In this document: positions 29,652-40,667 of the stretch, in pieces
How positions within the stretch are numbered: the first letter of the stretch is position 1
How the letters are laid out: every line of letters begins with the position of its first letter
Source: Bacilli bacterium
GTDB taxonomy: Bacteria > Bacillota_I > Bacilli_A > RF39 > UBA660
Assembly: GCA_017436345.1 (NCBI GenBank)
Contig: JAFSDH010000005.1
Span: 11,783-75,782 of the forward strand
Reading direction: 5' to 3'
Length of the DNA stretch: 64,000 nt
Position numbers and translations under genes: made by a program
The notes under the pieces: model-generated
What the model was told of the DNA's origin: nothing
The model's database searches: none
Seen by the model: only the letters and a program-made list of their open reading frames with translations

Positions 29652-31202
29652 TTAATTGTCTTTTTCTAAAATCTTTAACGCACATTTTATTCCATCAACA
29701 GCAGCACTCATAATTCCACCTGCATATCCTGGTCCTTCTCCACAGGGATAAAGACCAGAAATATTACAAACAAAATCATCATCCCTAACAATTCTAAGTG
29801 GAGAACTACTACGGGTTTCTACACCCGTTAAAAGAGCATCACTACTCGCAAAACCTTTTATTTTCTTATCAAAATATATAATTCCTTCTTTTAAAGTAGA
29901 ACTGACAAATTCAGGTAAAATATCATTTAAATTACAAAGAGTAACTCCTGGTAAATAAGTTGGTTTAACTTCTCCTATAAAAGTACTCTTCCTATTATTT
30001 AAAAAATCTTCTACTCTTTGAATAGGAGCATTATAATTAGATCCTCCTAATACAAAAGCATCTTTTTCTAACTTTTCTTGAAAATCAATTCCTGATAAAG
30101 GACTATCTCCTAAATCACTAGTTAAAACATTAACTAAAAGAGCACTATTAGCATTTTCTCCATCCCTTTTATATTCACTCATCCCATTAGTTACAATACT
30201 ATTTTCTTCTGAAGATGATGCCATTACATATCCACCAGGACACATACAAAAACTATAACAACTTCTATTATTACCATGATATACAAGTTTATACTCTGCA
30301 GGAGGTAAATTTAACTTAGTAACTGTACCATATTGACTCTCATTAATCATTTGTTGTTTATGCTCAATTCTAACACCAACTGAAAAATTCTTTTTTTCCA
30401 TCAAAACACCATGTTCATATAATTTATAAAAAGTATCTCTTGCACTATGACCAATAGCTAATATAACAGTATCAGTGTAATATTCTTTCTTACCAATAAC
30501 ACCAACTACCGAACCATTTTCAATAATAAAATCATTAATCTTTTCATTAAAATGAAACTCTCCACCAAGACTAATAATATATTCACGCATATTCTTAATT
30601 ACATTAATTAAATTATCAGTACCTATATGTGGTTTATTTAAATATAAAATTTCTTTAGGAGCACCAAATTTATGAAATACTTCTAATACTCTATTACATA
30701 AACTACTATTAATACCAGTAGTTAATTTTCCATCAGAGAAAGTACCTGCACCCCCTTCACCAAACTGAATATTACTAAGAGTATTTAACTTCCTATTACT
30801 TCTAAACTCTTCTACTTCTTTTCTTCTTTCATCAATCATTGATCCTTGTTCAAAAATAATCGGTTTAATACCATTTTCTACTAAAGTTAAAGCACAAAAT
30901 AAACCTGCCGGACCACATCCAATAACAATTGGACGAACATCACTATTTCTCTTAACAACAATTTCATCGAGCCTCTCTTTTTCAATATGAATAACACCTT
31001 TCAAATCATATTCACCATCATATTCCATATCAATTGTATAATTATAAAAAATATCATTCTTATTACGAGCATCAATTGATTTCTTTACAATATGCCACTC
31101 TTTAATATTTTCTAAAAACAACTTTTCTTTTTTACATAAATAAGAAATAAGTTCATCATCACTTAAATCTTTTCTTATCTTTATATTATTAAATCTAATC
31201 AT
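29652..31202 (-). CDS. FAD-dependent oxidoreductase (COG2509-like)
   Basis: GCGPAG, FGEGGAGTFSDGKL, FCMCPGG and GVETRSSSP motifs. Confidence 0.9.
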   Translation of the reverse strand: MIRFNNIKIRKDLSDDELISYLCKKEKLFLENIKEWHIVKKSIDARNKNDIFYNYTIDMEYDGEYDLKGVIHIEKERLDEIVVKRNSDVRPIVIGCGPAGLFCALTLVENGIKPIIFEQGSMIDERRKEVEEFRSNRKLNTLSNIQFGEGGAGTFSDGKLTTGINSSLCNRVLEVFHKFGAPKEILYLNKPHIGTDNLINVIKNMREYIISLGGEFHFNEKINDFIIENGSVVGVIGKKEYYTDTVILAIGHSARDTFYKLYEHGVLMEKKNFSVGVRIEHKQQMINESQYGTVTKLNLPPAEYKLVYHGNNRSCYSFCMCPGGYVMASSSEENSIVTNGMSEYKRDGENANSALLVNVLTSDLGDSPLSGIDFQEKLEKDAFVLGGSNYNAPIQRVEDFLNNRKSTFIGEVKPTYLPGVTLCNLNDILPEFVSSTLKEGIIYFDKKIKGFASSDALLTGVETRSSSPLRIVRDDDFVCNISGLYPCGEGPGYAGGIMSAAVDGIKCALKILEKDN

Positions 31203-31273
31203 AATATCACCACAAATCTAAATATATTATACAATAATCAAATAAACAAAAAAAGAATAGATAAACTATTCTT

Positions 31274-33442
31274 TTATTTAACTTGTACTAAATCAGAATA
31301 TACATATAAATTATCTACATCATATATTTTAAACATAACATAACAATTACTATCTACTGCAACCTTTTCAAATGTATAATCTGATACTTGGAAATTATCC
31401 TCTTCAAAAGAAGTTTCCCAATTATCAACAACAGAATTATTCACTAAAACATTATGATTCTTTCTCATAAAATTAATACTTTCATATTCATTAATATCTA
31501 AGAACATTCCCTTAGATTCTTCTTTACTTGTCATAAGAACTTTTGAAATAGCAACATCTTTATCAGTATTAAAATAAATATTAGCATTATGATTAGCAGT
31601 TGTACCTATTACTTCAGCACTACTATATGCCTTACCATAAGCATTTCCATATAAAGTTAACATAACAGAACTATTATCTTCTTTATCAGTTACTTTAATT
31701 AAATCAGTATTTAAATCAACTGTATAAGTATTCTTAGCAAGTTCAAATGTATCAGATACATAAACAGGTAAATAAGTACCATTACTATTCTTAGTAAAAA
31801 TAGTATAAGATGCTTTAGCAAATTCATCGATATCAGTATTACTAATTTCTAATGTTGCTTGTTTATTAGTAACAGCTAATTTAATTTCATCTTTTCCAAC
31901 AACTGAGAATCCTCCACCATAAGCATCAGCTTGGTAATCATCAAACTCTTTAATAAAATTATAATAATCTGATAACCCATCTAAGTTCTTATATCCATTA
32001 TAATGAATTTGTCTAACATTAGAAGAACTATTATAAGGGAAATAAATAGCTAAACCATTAGAATGGGTATTATTACTCCAATTATATACAATAACATTAT
32101 CTAACGCTGTTAAAACAGAATCAGCTTTATTAGATGAAATAGTTTTTAATTTACTAACTAAAGCATATAAATCAACAGTATCATAATCACTAGTACCAGA
32201 TGCTGAACCATATTGATATAAATTACTCCTAATCTTAGCTATAGAATAATAATTTAAATCAAGATTTAAATCATTAAATAATAAATTTAATTTATTTTCA
32301 AGTTCATCTACTTTTGTTAAATCAAGAATAGAATAAGTAGATATAGGGAAAACTTCATCTAAAGTTGAATTATACATCTTAGCTAATCTATTTAAATTAT
32401 CTTCATATGAAGTAATAAACTTTTTCCCAAAATCAACACCACTATCTTCAAGTGTTACATCATTTAAAAATCCAAGCAAATCACTACCAACTCCACCCCA
32501 AGTAACTTCTTCACTTGCTACAAAATAATTAGCATATGGAACAAATACAGTAGCCATTTCTAAAGTACTATTTAAACAGCTTCTAAAAACAACAGTTTCA
32601 AACTTATTATCTCCATTAAAATTACTCTTCTTTAAAGCATCACTAACTTCATTTAAATTTAAATAATCATTAAAATGAAGTTCATCAGAACTAATACCTA
32701 AAGCCCCTAATCCATGATTCCACATAATTAAATCATATTTGTCAGCTTTATAATTTTCATATCCATAATCAAGCAAAGTTTGTAATGAAGAGGAATTACC
32801 CATACTAGCTTTCTTATAAGACTCTTTCTTAACAAATCCATCTTCTTCTAAAACATATATTGCATTTTCATCATTTTCTATATAATTATGCCAAGTCTTA
32901 GCTCCACCTGTATAAACAACAATATTCATTTTATCTAAATCCACTTTTTTAGGATCAATGGCAGATAAATCATATGTCGCAAGTCCCATCTGACTTTCCA
33001 AATCAGACCCACACAAATAAATCAAAACAGTTCTTGCATCAGCAACAATATTATCCTTATCCTCTTTACCTAAAAGTAAAACTGCAATAATAACAAGAAT
33101 CAAAGCAATAACTACAACTAAACAAATAATTAAAGTTTTATTATTTTTAGATTTATTATTCCCATTACCAGTATTAACTCCATTATTAAGATTAGGAACA
33201 TTATTATAATTATTCATATTATTAACAGGAACTTGATTAGAATAATTCATATTATTCATGTTACTTATATTATTCATAGTATTAATATTATTATTAACAT
33301 TAGTACCCATACTAGAATTAGTATTACTAAGATTAGAATTAATATTAGTACCTTTATTCATATTATTATTTACACTTGTACCACAATTAGGACAAAAAGT
33401 TGCATTTGTACTTATTTCTTTACCACAATTATTACAATACAT
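31274..33442 (-). CDS. Membrane-anchored clostripain (C11) peptidase with N-terminal zinc ribbon
   Basis: MYCNNCG..FCPNCG, an Asn-rich linker and a TM, then YLCGSDLES, WNHG, FRSCL and ASEE. Start moved to ATG 33442. Confidence 0.85.
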   Translation of the reverse strand: MYCNNCGKEISTNATFCPNCGTSVNNNMNKGTNINSNLSNTNSSMGTNVNNNINTMNNISNMNNMNYSNQVPVNNMNNYNNVPNLNNGVNTGNGNNKSKNNKTLIICLVVVIALILVIIAVLLLGKEDKDNIVADARTVLIYLCGSDLESQMGLATYDLSAIDPKKVDLDKMNIVVYTGGAKTWHNYIENDENAIYVLEEDGFVKKESYKKASMGNSSSLQTLLDYGYENYKADKYDLIMWNHGLGALGISSDELHFNDYLNLNEVSDALKKSNFNGDNKFETVVFRSCLNSTLEMATVFVPYANYFVASEEVTWGGVGSDLLGFLNDVTLEDSGVDFGKKFITSYEDNLNRLAKMYNSTLDEVFPISTYSILDLTKVDELENKLNLLFNDLNLDLNYYSIAKIRSNLYQYGSASGTSDYDTVDLYALVSKLKTISSNKADSVLTALDNVIVYNWSNNTHSNGLAIYFPYNSSSNVRQIHYNGYKNLDGLSDYYNFIKEFDDYQADAYGGGFSVVGKDEIKLAVTNKQATLEISNTDIDEFAKASYTIFTKNSNGTYLPVYVSDTFELAKNTYTVDLNTDLIKVTDKEDNSSVMLTLYGNAYGKAYSSAEVIGTTANHNANIYFNTDKDVAISKVLMTSKEESKGMFLDINEYESINFMRKNHNVLVNNSVVDNWETSFEEDNFQVSDYTFEKVAVDSNCYVMFKIYDVDNLYVYSDLVQVK

Positions 33443-33506
33443 ATTTACACCTCTATATTCTAAACAAATTATATCATAAAATAAAAAAAGAAAGTATACA
33501 AACTTT

Positions 33507-33734
33507 CTATCTTGCCATAGCAGGCATGCCTGGTTCTCCAAAATTATCAGCACTATAACAACTTGCAGCAAAAGTACATAATATACTACCTAAACCGGCT
33601 GCAATAGCAACACCCTTTGTAACTGGATTTTTAACTAAATTACAAACACCAGCAATTGCTGTAAAAGTTGCTGATGCTATTTTTAAATTTCTTATTTTCT
33701 TTTCTTCTGTTGTTAATTCTACCTTATCTTCCAT
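33507..33734 (-). CDS. Small hydrophobic protein, paralogue 1
   Basis: AGGAG RBS; two Gly/Ala-rich helices around an NPV turn. Confidence 0.65.
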   Translation of the reverse strand: MEDKVELTTEEKKIRNLKIASATFTAIAGVCNLVKNPVTKGVAIAAGLGSILCTFAASCYSADNFGEPGMPAMAR

Positions 33735-33802
33735 ACAATCACTCCTATTATAAGTATACATATAAAAAAAGACTGTTACCAGTCTTTTAATTTAATTTTA
33801 CA

Positions 33803-34039
33803 TTATCTTACAGCTACGGCTTTAGAACTATTAGGAGTACTTAAAGTATCTTCAGCATTATCAATTACAGATTCCGCTAAAATAGTTCCCAAATTAGCAG
33901 CTACAGAAACTCCTAACATAACAGGATTTTGTACAAGAGCTGTTACACAAGCTAATATCCCTAAACCTGCTTTAAAAACTCTTAAATTTTTTAACTTTTG
34001 TTTCTTTTCTTGTAAATTATCTGCTTTTACTTCTTTCAT
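33803..34039 (-). CDS. Small hydrophobic protein, paralogue 2
   Basis: GGAG RBS; same layout as the 33507 ORF. Confidence 0.65.
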   Translation of the reverse strand: MKEVKADNLQEKKQKLKNLRVFKAGLGILACVTALVQNPVMLGVSVAANLGTILAESVIDNAEDTLSTPNSSKAVAVR

Positions 34040-34094
34040 ACTACTCACTCCCTATAATTCTAAAAACATAAAAGGGCCATTACTAGCCCTTATA

Positions 34095-35171
34095 TTATTT
34101 TACATAAGTATTTAATGCATTTACTCTATAAGCTAGATCTCCCATATTAGCAGTAGGAACAAATCCTGGTTCTGCATTTATTAAATCAGGTAAACGGTTA
34201 ACAACACTAGCACAAGTAAGTTCAACAGTAGCTGGACGTTGTACAGTAACAGTAGTTTCTGGTTCACCAACAATTGTCCATTCATTTACATCGAATTCAT
34301 CTGGTGCATATACTTTACCTACACACTTAGTTTCAAGTGTAATTCCTTCTTCAGTTTCAGTAGTAACTACAGCACTCATACCTGTAGCATCTCCTGCTTT
34401 AACATCCATTCCTAAAGTAGTAGAATGAATATCTTCATGATATGTTTCAGGTACACATTTTTGTGATTGACTTACTACATGTAAACCTAATTTTTCACAT
34501 AGCCATCCATTTACATTCCACATGTAACTTGGAGCATATGTACCACCGTCAATTAAAGCTTGTCTTTCTTCTGCGCTCATTCTATCTACACTAGCAATTT
34601 TTTCATCAAATTCTGCTAAAGTTAAACCAGCACCATGAGCTTCAGCTAAGGCAATACCATAGTCTTCTACATTATACCAAGATTCACCAATAATTTTAGT
34701 AATCTTATGAGTAGAAGCTGCAATAGCAGTAACTAATTGTCCCCAATATATATCTTGGTATCCACTACCAGTAATAGTACAATTATTTTCTTTAGCTAAC
34801 TTATCAATTTTAGCCGTTAAGTTTGGATTAGAATTCCAAGAATCAAATGCTTCTTCACAAGTAGTAATAGCATTAATTCCAAGTTCTGCACAAAGCATTA
34901 AAGGTACTTCTAAGTCACTTAATAAACTCATAGTAGTAACAATACATGCATCTGGTTTTAATTCAGCTAATAATTCTCTAGCATTATCCGCATGAGTTAC
35001 TACAACACCTTTATTTTCGCATTCCATGATTTCACCAATATCTTTTCCAATTACAGCTGGATTAATATCGATAGCACCAACGATTTCTGCTCCTTTCTCG
35101 TAAACATATCTCATTGTATATTTACTCATTTTACCACATCCGTATTGAACAATACGCATTTTTCTTTCCAT
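34095..35171 (-). CDS. 2,4-diaminopentanoate dehydrogenase-like / amine dehydrogenase family protein (DapB-like Rossmann fold)
   Basis: QYGCGKM, TTCEE and TGSG motifs. Confidence 0.7.
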   Translation of the reverse strand: MERKMRIVQYGCGKMSKYTMRYVYEKGAEIVGAIDINPAVIGKDIGEIMECENKGVVVTHADNARELLAELKPDACIVTTMSLLSDLEVPLMLCAELGINAITTCEEAFDSWNSNPNLTAKIDKLAKENNCTITGSGYQDIYWGQLVTAIAASTHKITKIIGESWYNVEDYGIALAEAHGAGLTLAEFDEKIASVDRMSAEERQALIDGGTYAPSYMWNVNGWLCEKLGLHVVSQSQKCVPETYHEDIHSTTLGMDVKAGDATGMSAVVTTETEEGITLETKCVGKVYAPDEFDVNEWTIVGEPETTVTVQRPATVELTCASVVNRLPDLINAEPGFVPTANMGDLAYRVNALNTYVK

Positions 35172-35271
35172 TTAATCATCTCCTATGATTACATTATTAC
35201 AAATCTTTTTTTCAAAAACAATACCTGTAGAAAAAAATTAACATACACTTTACAACAATTTTTTCCACAAC

Positions 35272-35949
35272 CTATTTTATCTTTAAACTTCGCAAATAAC
35301 TTTTATAAACAGGATTAATCTGATAAGATTCAATTGCTTTTTGAATTGATTTATTATGTATCCATTTATCTAATTTCTTATCTATAAATATTTCTATAGT
35401 AGAATCATATTGTTTCATTAAAGCAAAAGAAAAATACCAAGCTTGAGCCATTTTCACATAATAATCATCATTCTCTATATTTAAAACAATTTCATTTATC
35501 TCTTTATCAAATTTTACATCTAAATAAAAACTTAATAAAGTAACAATTGCAAATCTAATAGAATAAACTTCCTTAGTATTTATCCAGTCTTTTACTTTAT
35601 CTAATATACGATTAAGATCTTTATTAAAGGCTTTAGGCTTAAGTAAATCACAAGTAGCCCAATTATCTATATATGGTAAAAAAACATCTAATTCATTTAA
35701 TAATTCATCAAGTTCCTTATACTCAGATAATATACATGAGTGGAGAGTATTTTCTTCATAATAATAATGCGGTAAATCTTTTATAAATTCTTTATAACTA
35801 CCATCATTAATCATTTCTTTAGCAATTTTTCTAAGAATAGGAGTTCTTACTCCAATAAATCTTTCTTTGTCTATATTAGGTATCAAACTGCTATGAAAAT
35901 CCCTATATTTTAAATCTTGATATTTATAAAGTTCATTAATCAAATCCAT
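35272..35949 (-). CDS. DNA alkylation repair protein (AlkD-like)
   Basis: IGVRTP, IDNWATCD and YYVKMAQAW motifs. Confidence 0.88.
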   Translation of the reverse strand: MDLINELYKYQDLKYRDFHSSLIPNIDKERFIGVRTPILRKIAKEMINDGSYKEFIKDLPHYYYEENTLHSCILSEYKELDELLNELDVFLPYIDNWATCDLLKPKAFNKDLNRILDKVKDWINTKEVYSIRFAIVTLLSFYLDVKFDKEINEIVLNIENDDYYVKMAQAWYFSFALMKQYDSTIEIFIDKKLDKWIHNKSIQKAIESYQINPVYKSYLRSLKIK

Positions 35950-36014
35950 ATAATCACCAATTTAATTATACATAAAAAAAGAGAAAAATAATATTTTCTC
36001 TTTCAGTTATAAAG

Positions 36015-38558
36015 TCATAAATATTTTTTCTTATTAAATCCATACAAACATATTATCGATACAAAACTTATAATAACCATTACAAAATAAATACCAATAT
36101 CGGATGTATTTGTATTCGGATTTACAGGAAGAATATCATATATTTGCTCTATTGAATCATTATTGATTGTTAATACAGCTTTATATTTTCCTTCATTTAT
36201 AGGAGCTCCATCTATTTTTTCCCACTTTCCATTTTTTTCCACATAATAAGATAAACTATACTTATCATTCTCTATATTAAGTTCATTTTCAATTACTACT
36301 TCAATTTTTTTACCATGATAAGTAATATTATTTGGAGCACTTAAACTTATCTTTTTACCTAAATGGCCACATTCACATTGTTCATATATAGCATTTTCAT
36401 ATTTTACTAAACTTCCATCATATACATGCTTATGTTCTTCCCATCTACCATAAACATTAACGCTACCAATTGAATCAACTTTTTCTTTCGAAACAACATA
36501 ATCCCATTCAGTAGTATAAGCACTATCAGAATATAATTTTAATTCATAACCATCTTCAGTTATTAAATGTTTTAAAAAGAATTCTTTTTTTGTAAAAGTT
36601 TTTTCATCTACATAAACATATTTTCTTGACTCCCAATTATAACCTTCTACCTCTTCTATATCTTTATATATTATACTTACAAGTATTTTATCATTATTAA
36701 TTTTTATATCTTTAACATCTGAATTTTTAGTAATATTTACATTTTCATCTAATATAGTCGAATCAGTATTAATATGACCATTAAGCACACCATCAATTTT
36801 AATATCATTTTTATGCCATAAATCAATATTTGCAGTATTTTCTCCTTTAAAAATAACTGTCCATGGAAGATTTATATCATCCGCATCTTTCTTACGTATT
36901 AATATATCTGTTGAAGAATTCTTTGTTCCTTTAAACTCAACATTTTCAAAAGTAACAGCTGCTGGTCTTCCTTCAAATGCAACCTCTTGATTATAAGATT
37001 GAACATCAACAACTCCTCGTGATACATACTCATCAACAAAAGTGCAATTCTTAAAGTGCGTATCAGCAGAATAAAGCAAAATAGAATTATAAGTTGCTTT
37101 ATTTTCTATAAATTTAGTATTAAAAATTTCCTGCACAATAGATGAACCATGATCAGCTAAAGTACTAGCTGCACCAATATTTTTTTCAAATACACAATTA
37201 TCAAACTTAATAAGTATTGAATGTGAAATTTCATAAGGATAATCCATATATGAAGAAACTGTACCACAGGAAGAACTATAATGAATACCAACATTTTTTC
37301 TAAAAGTAGTATTAGTTATAGTAAGTTCAGCCTCATGATTTTCAATTGAAGATCCATCATTTCCAACCCAATTTCCTTCAAACAAGCAATTATCTGCAGT
37401 AAAATCTGTAAACTCAAGATTTAATTTCTCTAGCATAGAATAATATTCACCAGAAGATTGATTGTTAATTAAAATTGCTCCACCTTTTCCACCAGTAACA
37501 GTGTTATTAATAAAATTCGTTTTAGTTAAAGCAACTTTTTTTACATTATATAAAAACATTGCACCACCATTACTAGAATAATTAGAACTAATAGTAGAAT
37601 TATCAATAACAATATTGTTTACAGAATATCCAGTTTGACCAACTTTAATATTACTACCAATATATAAGGCACCACCCTTACTAGACCTATTATGATTTAA
37701 AGTAGCACCATTTAATGTTAAATTACCATTAACAACATTTATAGCTCCACCATTTCCATTAACATAACTATTATTTATATTAGAATGATTAAGATATAAA
37801 TTCCCCTTTGTAATAATTGGAGAAAGATTTAATTTAATATCAGTAGAATCAGAACCAGAAACTAACGGAATAGATGTACTTTTATTAAAAACATTAATCG
37901 CGTCATAATTAACTTTAAATCCAGTTGAACCACCATCTATCGTTAAATCAACAATTGTTAAAGAAGCATCAGCTTCTACTACAAAAATAGAATTTAACCA
38001 TGAAGAACCACTTTTCAAAGTATTCTTCATTCCATTTATTATAATATCCTTTCCAGTAATATAAGCTCCACCATCAATACTCATATCTTCTGTTATTTTA
38101 ATCGTATCGCCAGTAACTGCTGCATCTACTGCATGTTGTAATTTACTATAATTATTTACTTTTGAATTATTTCTCCATAATTCTATCTTACCACTAGCAT
38201 CTGCTATTGGCGTATTCTCAGCACTAAAAACTGTATAATCATATAAATAAACAGTTGCTCCGTCATGTTTGTATGTCATTACAGCACCACTTACTATCTT
38301 TGTCTCATTAACTTGATAAAAAGTCACACTTTTTTTATCAGTACCTAATTTACCAGTCAATGTAGAACCCTTTTCCGATGTATTTAACGTTAATGCATAA
38401 ACATCATCATACATAATTGTATTATCTTCATTTACTACTATTTTATGCCCATCTTTCGATGTATAAGTTCCAGTATTTAAACTTAAAGCATCTACTTTTG
38501 CATTAAAAAAGAAACAAGATAAAATACATAATAAACTCAAACAAAATTTCTTTTTCAT
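36015..38558 (-). CDS. Cell-surface beta-helix (PMP-like repeat) protein with NPNT sorting-like signal
   Basis: Signal peptide, GGA and F..N repeats, then NPNT, a TM and a KKK tail. Confidence 0.7.
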   Translation of the reverse strand: MKKKFCLSLLCILSCFFFNAKVDALSLNTGTYTSKDGHKIVVNEDNTIMYDDVYALTLNTSEKGSTLTGKLGTDKKSVTFYQVNETKIVSGAVMTYKHDGATVYLYDYTVFSAENTPIADASGKIELWRNNSKVNNYSKLQHAVDAAVTGDTIKITEDMSIDGGAYITGKDIIINGMKNTLKSGSSWLNSIFVVEADASLTIVDLTIDGGSTGFKVNYDAINVFNKSTSIPLVSGSDSTDIKLNLSPIITKGNLYLNHSNINNSYVNGNGGAINVVNGNLTLNGATLNHNRSSKGGALYIGSNIKVGQTGYSVNNIVIDNSTISSNYSSNGGAMFLYNVKKVALTKTNFINNTVTGGKGGAILINNQSSGEYYSMLEKLNLEFTDFTADNCLFEGNWVGNDGSSIENHEAELTITNTTFRKNVGIHYSSSCGTVSSYMDYPYEISHSILIKFDNCVFEKNIGAASTLADHGSSIVQEIFNTKFIENKATYNSILLYSADTHFKNCTFVDEYVSRGVVDVQSYNQEVAFEGRPAAVTFENVEFKGTKNSSTDILIRKKDADDINLPWTVIFKGENTANIDLWHKNDIKIDGVLNGHINTDSTILDENVNITKNSDVKDIKINNDKILVSIIYKDIEEVEGYNWESRKYVYVDEKTFTKKEFFLKHLITEDGYELKLYSDSAYTTEWDYVVSKEKVDSIGSVNVYGRWEEHKHVYDGSLVKYENAIYEQCECGHLGKKISLSAPNNITYHGKKIEVVIENELNIENDKYSLSYYVEKNGKWEKIDGAPINEGKYKAVLTINNDSIEQIYDILPVNPNTNTSDIGIYFVMVIISFVSIICLYGFNKKKYL

Positions 38559-38617
38559 ATTATACTCTCCTATTCTAATTAAATTATACCAAAAAAATTT
38601 AAAAAAAAAGAGTATTA

Positions 38618-39178
38618 CTACTCTTTTTTCTTTTTCTCTAATACTTTTTTTAGTACTCCAACTAAATTATTAACAGATTTTTCATAATCTCCAAGTTCTC
38701 TATATCTATAAGTAACTCTATTCAAAGTATTTAGATTAACACCTTTAAAAAATAATTTATCTTTATCTTTTTCTCTTAATCCAACCCACATATTAGGTCT
38801 AAAATAATTTAAACACATCATCTTATAATCATTATGATATTCATCATCTAAAATAACATAATTACATGAACTATTTCTTCTTAAATAATCAATGATACCT
38901 ATAGCACGCGAAGACAAAGAAACATCTCCAAGTTCTCCATTAAAATTAGGATTAATATAGTCATATACATCTATTCCAACTGAAGATAATTTTTTTGTTG
39001 TTTTATCTCTTCTAGCTTTAGTTCCGGTTCCTTGCCAAGAACTTATCACAACGACCTTAGCATCATTTTCTTTAACTAACTCTTTTAAAACATTAACACT
39101 TTCTAAAACAAAGTCATCACTACTATTATCATTTAAAACACCATCTATATCTAAAAATATGATATTTTTCATAGACAT
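38618..39178 (-). CDS. HAD domain protein (Swiss-Army-knife RNA-repair type)
   Basis: FLDIDGVLN, ISSW and YVILDD motifs. Confidence 0.8.
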   Translation of the reverse strand: MSMKNIIFLDIDGVLNDNSSDDFVLESVNVLKELVKENDAKVVVISSWQGTGTKARRDKTTKKLSSVGIDVYDYINPNFNGELGDVSLSSRAIGIIDYLRRNSSCNYVILDDEYHNDYKMMCLNYFRPNMWVGLREKDKDKLFFKGVNLNTLNRVTYRYRELGDYEKSVNNLVGVLKKVLEKKKKE

Positions 39179-39223
39179 CCCTCAAATCAGGCATATTATA
39201 ACATAAAAAGAAAAAAAGTTAAA

Positions 39224-39856
39224 CTAGTTAACTTTTTCAAAAGCTTCAACTCCTTGACCACAAATTGGACATTTAAAATCAAGAGGTAATTCTTCTCCTT
39301 CATAAATATATCCACATATCATACATTTCCATCTATTACCTTTAATTTCTTCTACAATATCTTCAATATAAGTAGGAGCTTTCTTAGGACTACTTCCCTT
39401 TAATACTTCATGATAAAATTTATAAGTCATTACCATCTTATCATCATATTTATCCATATTAAGAACTTGTCCAATAAAAATAGTATGTGTTTCAGTTTCA
39501 AGTTCACTAATAACTTGACATGTAATATATCCATTAGAATCTTTTATTACTGGAAGATTATCAACAACACTATAAGAAATATCTTTATACTTATCAATAT
39601 CCTTACTACTAGAAAAACCAAAAGTACCTATAATATTAGGATTACTTTCTTCATTTAAAATAGATACTGAAAACTTATTACTTTCCTTAATACACTTATT
39701 TGTATAGTTATCATGATTAATACTTATAGCAATAGTTGCTGGATTCGATGTTATTTGCATAACACTATTAGCAATACATCCAACAAATCTATCTTTATCT
39801 AAACTACCAACAACATATACACCATAAGTTAAATCTCTAAGAATCTTATTATTCAT
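39224..39856 (-). CDS. Flavin reductase with C-terminal rubredoxin
   Basis: YGVYVV, THTIFIG and CMICGY..CPICG motifs. Confidence 0.9.
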   Translation of the reverse strand: MNNKILRDLTYGVYVVGSLDKDRFVGCIANSVMQITSNPATIAISINHDNYTNKCIKESNKFSVSILNEESNPNIIGTFGFSSSKDIDKYKDISYSVVDNLPVIKDSNGYITCQVISELETETHTIFIGQVLNMDKYDDKMVMTYKFYHEVLKGSSPKKAPTYIEDIVEEIKGNRWKCMICGYIYEGEELPLDFKCPICGQGVEAFEKVN

Positions 39857-39864
39857 ATAACCTC

Positions 39865-40599
39865 CTAGTTCATAGCTGCCCCATCAACAGATAAAATTTC
39901 CCCAGTTACATAACTAGCCATATCGCTTGCTAAAAACAAGAAGGCATTCGCAATATCTTCTGGTTTACCAACTCTTCCAAGAGGAATAGTTTTAATAAGT
40001 GGTTCAATTATTTCCTTAGGTAAATTCTTAACCATATCAGTTTCTGTAATACCTGGCGCAACAGCGTTAACTCTAATGTTATATTTACCAAGTTCACGCG
40101 CTAAAGACTTAGTCATACCATTAACCGCATATTTACTAGCTGGATACATAACTCCACTAGGTTGCCCATAAATACTTACCATTGAACTTGTATTTAAAAT
40201 AGCTCCACCATTTTCTTTCATATACTCAACTGCTACTTTTGAACAATTATATACAGCCTTAATATTTAAATCTACTAATTTATTATATTCATCTTCCGTA
40301 TATTTATCAAAAGGCATAGAAGAACTTACACCAGCATTATTTATTAACACATCTAACTTTCCATATTTTTCGACTACTTTTTCAAAAGCTACTTTTACTT
40401 CTTCTAAACTAGATAAATTAGGATATAATCCCATTACTTCATATCCCTCTTCTTTTAATGAAGCTACTGCTTTATTAACACTTTCTTCACGTGATCCAAA
40501 TAATATAACTTCTGCTTTATTTTCTAAAAACTTTTTTACGATACTGTAACCTATACCTCTAGTACCACCTGTTACAATAACAACTTTTTTATCTAACAT
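39865..40599 (-). CDS. SDR oxidoreductase (FabG/hydroxysteroid dehydrogenase-like)
   Basis: TGGTRGIG, NNAG and YPASK motifs. Confidence 0.9.
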   Translation of the reverse strand: MLDKKVVIVTGGTRGIGYSIVKKFLENKAEVILFGSREESVNKAVASLKEEGYEVMGLYPNLSSLEEVKVAFEKVVEKYGKLDVLINNAGVSSSMPFDKYTEDEYNKLVDLNIKAVYNCSKVAVEYMKENGGAILNTSSMVSIYGQPSGVMYPASKYAVNGMTKSLARELGKYNIRVNAVAPGITETDMVKNLPKEIIEPLIKTIPLGRVGKPEDIANAFLFLASDMASYVTGEILSVDGAAMN

Positions 40600-40667
40600 A
40601 ATCATACCTCCATATTTATAATAACAAAAAAAACAGTTATACAAAACTGTTTTTAAATTAATTTTTA

